Translations under genes and position numbers: made by a program | Virus record (IMG/VR): IMGVR_UViG_3300035670_000243 | Coordinates: 1-58,340 of that record | Length of the DNA stretch: 58,340 nt | Origin: a virus | Lineage: Duplodnaviria > Caudoviricetes | Strand: one strand, 5' to 3' | Notes under the pieces: model-generated | What the model saw: only the letters and a program-made list of their open reading frames with translations | Told to the model about the DNA's origin: nothing | The model's database searches: none | Shown here: piece after piece, positions 36,763-44,455 of the stretch | How the letters are laid out: the number at the start of each line of letters is the position of its first letter | Numbering within the stretch: the first letter of the stretch is position 1

Positions 36763-37332
36763 TCATCCCCACTGCTCCGCCATTGCAGATGCAATCCCAG
36801 CGTACGTCTCGCTGCGCTTCTTCCAACGGTCAGCAGAGGGCGGCATCTTGTGAATGCGAGCTTCTCTTCCCTCGACAATGTTGGTCGGCTTTAGCAGCGG
36901 AAGATTCTTCAACCAAAGACACGTTGCCTTGGTCTCGCCATGCCCAAACTGCCACGGCTGAATGATCTGGTCGGGCTTCCTGATGCGGCTGCTGATAATG
37001 CTTACCGGATTCTCAAGCGCAATGCGCGGTATCGGCGCATCCAAAAGGAACCTTACAAACTCCAGGGCCTCCTCCTGCTCGACTCGCTTCTCCTTAAACC
37101 AACGCGCTCCGCTCACTGCAAGATGAGTACAAGGCGGGTGCGCAATCATTAAGTCCCACGGCAGTTCAGCCCATGGCTTGCCGCGCCCGAGAACATTGCG
37201 CACATCGTCCTGGTAGTGATGCTCGCTGCCATCGTCCGCCGGCAACAAGTCACATGACCATGCGTCATGCCCTCGCTCGCGAAACGCACGGCGAACCGCA
37301 CCAGAATACTCACATGCAATTAGAACCTTCAC
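36763..37332 (-). CDS. DNA cytosine-5 methyltransferase-like protein
   Basis: VLIACEYSG, SCDLLP, HPPCT (PC) and ENP motifs. Confidence 0.8.
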   Translation of the reverse strand: MKVLIACEYSGAVRRAFRERGHDAWSCDLLPADDGSEHHYQDDVRNVLGRGKPWAELPWDLMIAHPPCTHLAVSGARWFKEKRVEQEEALEFVRFLLDAPIPRIALENPVSIISSRIRKPDQIIQPWQFGHGETKATCLWLKNLPLLKPTNIVEGREARIHKMPPSADRWKKRSETYAGIASAMAEQWG

Positions 37333-37502
37333 GATGCAATCACCCACCCGCACAGCATCCCAATAAAAAACATCACCACGCACACCACAATCTCACCCAC
37401 CAGCGCCTCACGCTGGCGCATCTCAAACTCCTCGCTCATCCGATCCATCTTGTCTTCCAGCTTCCGTATCTGTGCTCGCAGCCGGTCTTGTGAGTACTCC
37501 AT
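37329..37502 (-). CDS. Small membrane-anchored protein
   Basis: Coiled coil plus C-terminal TM segment. Confidence 0.45.
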   Translation of the reverse strand: MEYSQDRLRAQIRKLEDKMDRMSEEFEMRQREALVGEIVVCVVMFFIGMLCGWVIAS

Positions 37503-37644
37503 ATTCACCAGTAAAACCCCCCAGTGCGGCGGCGTGAACACCCCCAGCTCGGCGGCGGTACGTGATTCCAGTCAAGTTTCGCCTTGTGCTTTAGTCTTCG
37601 TATCAATCGGTTCAACCAGTTCATTTGGATCAGTCCTCGATAGT

Positions 37645-37983
37645 TCACTTTCGAGTAAGCGTATTTCTCTTTGCTTCTCGCGGATCAACTCCCAGATACG
37701 TTCGACTTTCCGTTGCCTTGGGCTTCCATCGCCCAACCGTCCATCGTCCGGTACGTCGCCCCTCTTCCACTGCATCACCTAACTCCCGTATCAGTTTGCG
37801 AGCGTGTAACAATCGCATCCGCTCACCCTTGCGCTCCATCCATCGCAGCACCTCCTCCACGCGAGGCGCTCGCGTCTTACTCAAGCGCATGAAGTGACAC
37901 CGCCCACGGTGCTCCACGTGACATCGCGGACAGGTAATCCGCTCCTTCGGTGCCAACCCCCAACGCTCGCGAAAGTCGTTCAT
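37645..37983 (-). CDS. Hypothetical basic protein (CPRC)
   Basis: ATGA coupling; overlaps the alternative ORF 37572-37778. Confidence 0.35.
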   Translation of the reverse strand: MNDFRERWGLAPKERITCPRCHVEHRGRCHFMRLSKTRAPRVEEVLRWMERKGERMRLLHARKLIRELGDAVEEGRRTGRWTVGRWKPKATESRTYLGVDPREAKRNTLTRK

Positions 37984-38330
37984 TCGTACGACAACTCCCA
38001 CTGCCTCGCCTGCTCGTCATCGTGCGCGTTCATATCCCGCGTGAATCGCACCGCATCCTCGATCTGAATCAGCGCGTCAATCGACTTCCCACCCACGTTC
38101 CAAATCTTTACCTGCTCAAGCGGAATGTCGCGGCACTTCCAGTCATACACCGTCGCCACGACATCACCCTCGCCAGTGTCAAACAACACCACCCATTCCG
38201 CCCGCGTCTTGTCATCCGCTGCCGTCAAGGGCTTACCAAACGTCTGACGCAGCTCCTCATAAGTCGCCTCCACCAAACCCACAAAATGAGTGCCGTTCGC
38301 TACCCGAAAATTATTCATCACCTGGTACAT
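37980..38330 (-). CDS. Hypothetical phage protein (ATYEEL..FGKP..EW..ATVYDWK..WNVGG)
   Basis: Family-like motif; RBS GGAG. Confidence 0.65.
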   Translation of the reverse strand: MYQVMNNFRVANGTHFVGLVEATYEELRQTFGKPLTAADDKTRAEWVVLFDTGEGDVVATVYDWKCRDIPLEQVKIWNVGGKSIDALIQIEDAVRFTRDMNAHDDEQARQWELSYE

Positions 38331-38420
38331 TGCTCTCTCCTGAAAGTAAGCAGATAAATTCACCAGTCCCAACCAATAATACCCAACCGGCTTGAGTAGT
38401 CAATCCCAATTTGGGACTAC

Positions 38421-39062
38421 CTACTGCGGTGTCAGTTGCAAACACCGCTGCGAAACCATCAGCGCCGTCTTCCCACCCGCTCGCGGGTACACCAGCAAGT
38501 GCTGGCTGAAAGTGTCGCTTAGTAACATCGAAGCGTTCGCGACCCCCTTCTCCAACCCCTCGAAATCGTCCAGCACCACCAGCGCGTCCGGGTTCAACTT
38601 CTTCATCAACCCCGCATCCTCGCGGCTCAAACGACCGTCGATGTAAAACATGTCCACGCTGACGGCTGCGGAGTACAACTCCTCAAACATCTGCGTCGAG
38701 GTTGTCTTCGGGTGCTGGATTACCTGCGCCCCACATACCGGCCCGATCTGAATGGCGTTCGATGAGTCGCAGGTGTAAATCGTCAAGTGATCCTCACCCC
38801 GCGACAGATTCCCCGCAGCCATTGCTCGAGTGCTCCGCCCGATATAAGTCCCCACCTCCGCAATAACCGAAGGCTCGAAATACTCCACAATTGCCCGCAG
38901 CTCCGCCGCATCCTGCGAACTGATAGACCCCGTGCGGTACTCCGCCTGCTCGACCAACTTGCCCTCGCTCGTGCCAGAGTAGTAAGACCGAATCCCATCG
39001 GGTGCAATCGCTGCCCAAATCGCCGGTGAAAGTGTCATCCGGTTCATGCGTAACGGGTTCAT
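38421..39062 (-). CDS. Class I SAM-dependent methyltransferase (Methyltransf_24-like)
   Basis: EVGTYIGRST, DMFYIDG and VVLDD motifs. Confidence 0.75.
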   Translation of the reverse strand: MNPLRMNRMTLSPAIWAAIAPDGIRSYYSGTSEGKLVEQAEYRTGSISSQDAAELRAIVEYFEPSVIAEVGTYIGRSTRAMAAGNLSRGEDHLTIYTCDSSNAIQIGPVCGAQVIQHPKTTSTQMFEELYSAAVSVDMFYIDGRLSREDAGLMKKLNPDALVVLDDFEGLEKGVANASMLLSDTFSQHLLVYPRAGGKTALMVSQRCLQLTPQ

Positions 39063-39271
39063 TCGTCATCCTCCATCTCAAAGTTAGTTGATTCGCACTT
39101 CGGGCATACATGCCCCCGAAAAGTTGGGATCCACTCTCCGCCAATCCCATAATCCGCGTACTCGCGTTCGTCGATATACAACGGCTCTTGAAACCTGGCA
39201 TCGCACTTCTTGCATACGTACGTTGCCGGCCCGAATAGGCGGAGGCTCAAGTCGTCTTGCAGTTGTCTCAT
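39059..39271 (-). CDS. Small Zn-ribbon protein
   Basis: CKKC..CPKC. Confidence 0.55.
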   Translation of the reverse strand: MRQLQDDLSLRLFGPATYVCKKCDARFQEPLYIDEREYADYGIGGEWIPTFRGHVCPKCESTNFEMEDDE

Positions 39272-39456
39272 TGGAATACCCTCTCTGCGCGGCGCTTGGC
39301 GTTGATCTTCGCTGCCCGTATGTCATCCGCATGCATCCCCTGCGCGAGTTCTTGCGCGAGCGCAATCGCTCGTTCCGCATGCGCGTCGGTCGGTGCCGTG
39401 ATCGCGAGGAATAACGCAAGCGTCAGTGCCTCGCGAGGGGTTCGGGGTTGTCTCAT
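39268..39456 (-). CDS. Small hypothetical protein
   Basis: REALTLALFLAITAP motif; coupled. Confidence 0.5.
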   Translation of the reverse strand: MRQPRTPREALTLALFLAITAPTDAHAERAIALAQELAQGMHADDIRAAKINAKRRAERVFQ

Positions 39457-39743
39457 TTCGCGTTCTCCACGGCGGCGATAGCCGCGTCTATGTTGTAATA
39501 TTTTTCGCACGTTGCCGACGCAATCAGACCAACGCCGGGGTCGTCCCCGAAGGATTCTTCGGAGCGGTATACGCACACGTTAAAGTCATCGAACGTCGGG
39601 TAACCCATTCCACCCATGTCGGTAATCACCATGTACCGCCCGTCCTCGAGCGTCTGCGTCAAAGCCTGGAATCGTCCGTCATCGTAGGCATCGAACTCTG
39701 GCAGTTCTGCGCGGATGTTGTAGTCGCGGTCGCTGATGCTCAT
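39453..39743 (-). CDS. Acidic hypothetical protein
   Basis: Coupled ORF. Confidence 0.5.
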   Translation of the reverse strand: MSISDRDYNIRAELPEFDAYDDGRFQALTQTLEDGRYMVITDMGGMGYPTFDDFNVCVYRSEESFGDDPGVGLIASATCEKYYNIDAAIAAVENAK

Positions 39744-40048
39744 GGCTGACCCCCCGTTGCCTTGGCAATCACCGCCAGAATCTCACGCTCCACGCGGTAC
39801 GCGTCCGTGCCGTCCGCATCCGGGTTGTTCAGCAGCGCGAGCACCTCGTGCAGCATCGCGAGCATGTCCGGTGCGGCTGCGATCAGACGAGCGTTTGCCT
39901 TGATCGTAGGCGCGTTCCAACCGGTCTCGCGGGTGCCATCCACGGACGCAACCCGGACATACCAAGTCGCGATTCCGTTATCGAACTCTGGGGCAGCGAT
40001 TTCGTTCCCGTTAACGATCCACGGGCCGGGGGTGAATTTTACGTCCAC
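39740..40048 (-). CDS. Small phage protein (TPGPW..ANARLIAAAP type), copy 1
   Basis: Signature motif; RBS AGGAG. Confidence 0.7.
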   Translation of the reverse strand: MDVKFTPGPWIVNGNEIAAPEFDNGIATWYVRVASVDGTRETGWNAPTIKANARLIAAAPDMLAMLHEVLALLNNPDADGTDAYRVEREILAVIAKATGGQP

Positions 40049-40120
40049 TGCTGTTCTCCTGTTGTGGTTGGTCTCTTCAGTGGCAGCATCACTGCCAGAC
40101 CGGCTTGCGCCGGTTTCGAC

Positions 40121-40429
40121 CTAGGCTGCATCGCCACAAGCATCCGCGACGGCGTTGCGAATGCGATTCCAGAGCGCGTCATCCAACTCGCCATGCGAGC
40201 CAAGCACTTGCTTGAGGCATGCGAAAAGCTCCGGTGCACTCGCAATCAAACGAGCGTTCGCGGCATCCTCGGCATCGTTCCAACCGCGAGTCACGCTGCA
40301 GATCGGGTACAGAGTCGTGATGCCCTTGTCCAAACGCATGCGGGCATAAGGCGTATCCTCATTCGCAAACACGCTGCCCTCGCCGTTCCCCGTGCCAACG
40401 TGCCACGGGCCCTTTGTATGCTTGCTCAT
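40121..40429 (-). CDS. Small phage protein (TKGPW..ANARLIASAP type), copy 2
   Basis: Signature motif; RBS GAGG. Confidence 0.7.
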   Translation of the reverse strand: MSKHTKGPWHVGTGNGEGSVFANEDTPYARMRLDKGITTLYPICSVTRGWNDAEDAANARLIASAPELFACLKQVLGSHGELDDALWNRIRNAVADACGDAA

Positions 40430-40779
40430 TTTGTCACCTCGCTAACCAAGTTAATGTTGTAGATGCTTTTGATCAACCTAACCCAGCATTCGCGGGTGGA
40501 TTCATCGAACGTCTTCCACATCTCGTCCGCGAACAAATGCAGCACGATCAAAATCTCTGCGTCCTCTTCCCACCAGTTCGGCTTCGGTGCGTAGGCTTTG
40601 ATCTTGCGCGTCCACGCCGGCATCTCCGCTGCCCTTTCGGGAGAGATCCAGCACCCACCGTGCGAGGGAGTCTGTACGCGGTAGATGCCATCGGCCCACC
40701 GCTCGACGTATTCAATCGGCCCCCATGGCGAATCATCGTTCACGCGGGGCGGGTTCGGGTTCAGTTCGTTCGGGTTCAT
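40426..40779 (-). CDS. DUF7007-like protein
   Basis: SPWG..ADGI..V.TPSHGG..WWEED motif. Confidence 0.65.
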   Translation of the reverse strand: MNPNELNPNPPRVNDDSPWGPIEYVERWADGIYRVQTPSHGGCWISPERAAEMPAWTRKIKAYAPKPNWWEEDAEILIVLHLFADEMWKTFDESTRECWVRLIKSIYNINLVSEVTK

Positions 40780-40875
40780 GGTTCGTTCGCTCCGGTTCAG
40801 TGGTTCAGTGTTCAATCGGCGGAGGGAGTGTTGCACAAGCGGGTTGCGCATGTCAACACCCCCTTGCCGGTGGGG

Positions 40876-41232
40876 TTAGGTGATGAAGTTCTTAGCGAGT
40901 TCTCGTCCCTCTTTCGTCAGCACCCAAACCTCTGGGTTGCTTTCGCTGAGGAAAATTAACTTAGCGTCAACAAGCCCTTGGATGGCCTCTTGACGTAGGG
41001 CTTTCGTGACGAACTTCGACATTTCACTGTCCGCCACGTAAGCGCGGTGATGTGCAGTTGAAAGCGCATCGTATTGTGCATACGCCACCAGCAAACACCG
41101 CAGTTGCTTCTCAGCCCCTTTGAACTTCCCCTCAAGACTCCCGCTCTTTTGCAGTTGAATTTCCCAGAGCGTTGTAAACAAAGGGTCTGAAAGGAAAGCG
41201 GCGGCATCAATCCCGAAACCGTTCTTTTCCAT
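40876..41232 (-). CDS. Hypothetical protein
   Basis: C-terminal W.LT.EGRE winged-helix-like end. Confidence 0.45.
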   Translation of the reverse strand: MEKNGFGIDAAAFLSDPLFTTLWEIQLQKSGSLEGKFKGAEKQLRCLLVAYAQYDALSTAHHRAYVADSEMSKFVTKALRQEAIQGLVDAKLIFLSESNPEVWVLTKEGRELAKNFIT

Positions 41233-41237
41233 GTGAG

Positions 41238-41534
41238 TTACCCCTGCAATTCCGCAATCCGCGCTCGCAGCTTTTGGTTCTCCGCCTCCAGCATCTTCAG
41301 TTGCGTTGTCAGTTTCATCACCGGATCGATTGCTTCGATCTTTGCCCAATACTTTCCGTTTTCCTTCAACACCAGGCCTTTCGTGACCCACCGTTCCAGC
41401 GACTGACGCGCACTCGCTCGCTCGCCCTTCACGCGATCCCCAAACATGGCTTTCGCCTTCTCGTGCACCTCTTTAACCGTTGCCGGTGCCTCAAACGAGG
41501 CCAGCGCATCCAGATATAACGTAACGTTTGACAT
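41238..41534 (-). CDS. Winged-helix-like protein with C-terminal coiled coil
   Basis: Strong RBS GGAGG; SARQSLERWV.KGLV..GKY. Confidence 0.55.
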   Translation of the reverse strand: MSNVTLYLDALASFEAPATVKEVHEKAKAMFGDRVKGERASARQSLERWVTKGLVLKENGKYWAKIEAIDPVMKLTTQLKMLEAENQKLRARIAELQG

Positions 41535-41591
41535 ACAATTAACCTCCGATTGTTTAATTTGATGCACCATTGGTCTGTGATGCATTGCATC

Positions 41592-41620
41592 CTTTTAGCA
41601 TTACATTGCCGCAATGTAAA
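41592..41620 (-). promoter_or_regulatory. Leftward promoter overlapped by an operator-like palindrome
   Basis: TTTACA-17-TAAAAG on minus; TTACATTGC-C-GCAATGTAA perfect inverted repeat at 41601-41619. Confidence 0.5.
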
Positions 41621-41761
41621 GCATACGATTGCGGATTCGTCCGTCTGTGAATTTGAGACTCTATCGTCTCTAAATGTACGCCATGTTTAGTGTTTTGTTT
41701 GCTGGCGTTTTGAATTAATTTTGGATTTTTTTTAATTAATTTTAGAACGATTAACGGGGGT

Positions 41762-41973
41762 TAAGTTGTTGATATCAAAGGAAGTTTTCCTCGAAACTGA
41801 ATTTTTTCTTTAATTTTTCAAAAGTAAGGAAAAGAGAGGGGATATAGGGGGTTCGCAGCCGGTAGGGGTAGGGGGTGTTGCAGGAAAACAACAGGTGAGG
41901 GTATATAATAATAAAAAAAAAAAAAAAAAAATTAATATATACTAGTCTTTGGCCCTTTGAAATCAATAGGTTA
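41762..41973. promoter_or_regulatory. AT-rich noncoding region bracketed by two inverted IHF-consensus sites
   Basis: TATCAACAACTTA (minus, 41762-41774) and AATCAATAGGTTA (plus, 41961-41973) match WATCAANNNNTTR; A19 run at 41913-41931. Confidence 0.55.
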
Positions 41974-42231
41974 CGAGCGTTTGTTAAATTCTGATGTGAA
42001 AAGAAGAAATAAAATTAAGTTTTTGCACAACTTTGGTGCGCTTTAGCGGCTTGTGCATCCCCTTCTGGCTGCGGTAATTTATGGAGCATCGGCAGGCTAT
42101 ATAGCGGAGGCTGCGTAAACGTGAGCGAGAAGGCATTGCAGGCGAGTAAGGGGGAGACCCTAGGGGTGGGTATCGGGTCGGGGAGGAGCCGGTATAAGGG
42201 CTCTAAAGCGAAGCCTGGAGGTGATGTAGTG

Positions 42232-42660
42232 ATGCATAACACCAATGCTGTATCCCCGATAAATAACAATCGCAAACATCCAGACCCTACACTCGCTGCG
42301 ACTATCGCCACCATGTCATTTTCCGGGTTCACCATGGCACAGGTGTGCAGTTCGCTGCGCATTTCGGAGTCCACGGTGCGCGAGTATTACGACTACGAAT
42401 TCAAAAACGGACAGTCCAACATGGTGTCCGAAATTGCCGGTTCCCTCGCGCAGCGTGCAAAAGCTGGCAGTGACACCGCTGCGATTTTCCTGTTAAAAAC
42501 TAGGGGAGCCGGCAAGTTTACAGAGCGTAATGGCGTGGAATTAACCGGCAAGGACGGCGGCCCGATTGAAATTGCGCAGCGCACGGAAATATTGCAAACG
42601 GTAAACGGTCTGCTATCGAAAGGAATCACGATAGACGGCGAGGCGGAGCCGTTGGACTGA
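42232..42660 (+). CDS. terS: Terminase small subunit
   Basis: HTH-like N-terminus; A.AGSDTAAIFLLKTR..ELTGKDGGPI motif; RBS GGAGG. Confidence 0.8.
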   Translation: MHNTNAVSPINNNRKHPDPTLAATIATMSFSGFTMAQVCSSLRISESTVREYYDYEFKNGQSNMVSEIAGSLAQRAKAGSDTAAIFLLKTRGAGKFTERNGVELTGKDGGPIEIAQRTEILQTVNGLLSKGITIDGEAEPLD

Positions 42661-42663
42661 CGC

Positions 42664-42688
42664 AAAAAAAAGGGGCGCATAGCGCCCC
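42664..42688 (-). terminator. Rho-independent terminator
   Basis: GGGGCGC-3nt-GCGCCCC hairpin followed by T8 on the minus strand. Confidence 0.7.
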
Positions 42689-42710
42689 AAAGGGTTGCAC
42701 ACTGAAATTG

Positions 42711-42896
42711 TTAGGAATTCGCGATTCTGTCGGCAATCCAGTCGGAGGCAATTTTAGCGGCCTCTGCGCGTGTATCGCACTCGCCTATATATCCCTCGCC
42801 ATTTTGGTCTGTCGCCAATACGTAAACGGCGGCGGAGTTATCGAATCGCGCCCACACTTGATACCCTTTTCGTTCGGCAATTTTGAAAGATTCCAT
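42711..42896 (-). CDS. Small hypothetical protein
   Basis: Last gene of a three-gene leftward unit; RBS AGGGG. Confidence 0.55.
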   Translation of the reverse strand: MESFKIAERKGYQVWARFDNSAAVYVLATDQNGEGYIGECDTRAEAAKIASDWIADRIANS

Positions 42897-42910
42897 GATG
42901 TTCCCCTAGG

Positions 42911-43684
42911 TTATGCGGCCATCTGAACAACGAATCCAGACCGGTCACGCCGTGCGCGACCCTTTGCCTTTAGTCCGACTACTACGTTCGGGTCGTCTAG
43001 GAACCGCAGGTCTGACTCGTCCCCGTTGATCACGCGACGACCTAAAAAGGTTTCGGGGAGCCCACCGTAGAACACGGCCGCAAAATTGACGGCCGACCCG
43101 TAGTTTTTTAGCGCCTTGACAATGACCGGCGCAAACTCTGGACGGTGGGAATAGGAAAAAGTAACGCGATAGTTTGGAATGCGCGTGATCTTGCGGGTCG
43201 GAATTTTGGTGTAATCGTAAAACTGAATTTCGGGGAATGCCGCGAAAATGTTGGGGTATTCGACGCCAGCGCGCACGCATGGGATATTCTCGAATGCGAT
43301 ATCGCTAGTGCCATTTGGGCGCACTACGGGAGTCAGACCCGCACGCGCTGCGCGTTTTTTGAAATTCTCAATTTCACGCACCATGCGTGCCATGAATGCG
43401 TCGCGTGACTCGTGAAACAATCGCGTACGCTCAAGCCGTGCTCGCTGGATTGCGTTGTCGGGCAATGTGTCACCATTGGGAGCGCGAAACGTCGCGTTAC
43501 CCTTTGCCATGCCGCCACGGCCGGCCGTTTTCAAACATCCTTCTTTGCATCCTGCAAGATCCGCCAGCGCGCAGATATTGACGCCGGCAAGATCATAGGG
43601 CGCAAGATACATGACAGCAGTCATGTACCCCTGCGCGTTACCCTTAACGGTTTTCGGGTCGTTTTCGATTGTGAATAGGTTCAT
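42911..43684 (-). CDS. Gp88-like phage protein (Cys-cluster, radical-SAM-like)
   Basis: NIC..GCKEGCL..AGRG, R.NGTSDI, FYDYTK and GDESDLRFLD motifs. Confidence 0.75.
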   Translation of the reverse strand: MNLFTIENDPKTVKGNAQGYMTAVMYLAPYDLAGVNICALADLAGCKEGCLKTAGRGGMAKGNATFRAPNGDTLPDNAIQRARLERTRLFHESRDAFMARMVREIENFKKRAARAGLTPVVRPNGTSDIAFENIPCVRAGVEYPNIFAAFPEIQFYDYTKIPTRKITRIPNYRVTFSYSHRPEFAPVIVKALKNYGSAVNFAAVFYGGLPETFLGRRVINGDESDLRFLDDPNVVVGLKAKGRARRDRSGFVVQMAA

Positions 43685-43896
43685 GCCGCTACCCTCACGC
43701 GAGCGCCAACGATGCGCGAGCATTCGCGCAGGATTTTCTGAATGGTCGGGTCGGTCGGCGAATAGTCCGCCATTGAATAGCCAAGGATGGCCAGCGACTC
43801 GCGAGCAAGCGAAACATGGTCGCGATGCGAGCACGCAATGTGCCGCGCTACGTTAGTGACAGCGGTTACAGTGTGTAGGCTTTTTGTGAGTGTCAT
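43681..43896 (-). CDS. Hypothetical protein
   Basis: RBS AGGA; first gene after the promoter at 43935-43963. Confidence 0.5.
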   Translation of the reverse strand: MTLTKSLHTVTAVTNVARHIACSHRDHVSLARESLAILGYSMADYSPTDPTIQKILRECSRIVGARVRVAA

Positions 43897-43934
43897 GTGT
43901 GCTATTTCCTGCGGTTAGTTATCGGACAGGTGAC

Positions 43935-43963
43935 AGAATGCACACAATCCGCGTCGCTGTCAA
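43935..43963 (-). promoter_or_regulatory. Sigma70-type promoter (probably early)
   Basis: TTGACA-17 nt-CATTCT on the minus strand. Confidence 0.6.
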
Positions 43964-44035
43964 GCATTCCGCTACCGAGACCACTACGCGGACAGACTGC
44001 ACACAGGTATTGACAACGCACGCGCAAGTAATAAC

Positions 44036-44157
44036 CGCGCACACGCACGCATACGCGCACGTACACGCGCGCGCCTGGCGTGCACGCACGCACGCGCACG
44101 CGATCTAATCGCGCAAATACCCTAGGGACCCCTATAAATCGCGCACGCGCACGCACG
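44036..44157. repeat. Alternating purine-pyrimidine tracts
   Basis: Uninterrupted RY alternation at 44036-44074, 44078-44102 and 44140-44157. Confidence 0.85.
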
Positions 44158-44305
44158 AAAAACGCGCACGGGGGAGCACCAAAACCAGGGGCGGGGTGAC
44201 GGGTCCCATCTACACAATTCACCCTCCCCACCCCACCCCAACTCTCACATGCACTACCCCCTTGCGCTATTTACACTAGGGTCCCATCTGGTATGCTCGG
44301 CGTAT

Positions 44306-44455
44306 ATGAAAAAGCCCGGACTGTACGAGAACATTCACGCGAAGCGCGAGCGCATTAAAGCTGGGTCCCCGGAGCGCATGAGAAAGCCGGGGTCCCTTGG
44401 AGCGCCGACTGCGAAGGCATTCCGTGACTCAGCTAAAACTGCCAAGCGCAAGTAG
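44306..44455 (+). CDS. Small basic phage protein (MKKPGLYENIHAKR..GAPTAKAF)
   Basis: Recognisable small basic phage protein; TTTACA-16-TATGCT just upstream suggests a near-leaderless mRNA. Confidence 0.65.
   Translation: MKKPGLYENIHAKRERIKAGSPERMRKPGSLGAPTAKAFRDSAKTAKRK

Noticed and set aside
43890-44231. ORFs across the RY tract
   Set aside because: HA/RV-repeat translations result from the dinucleotide alternation; the region looks regulatory
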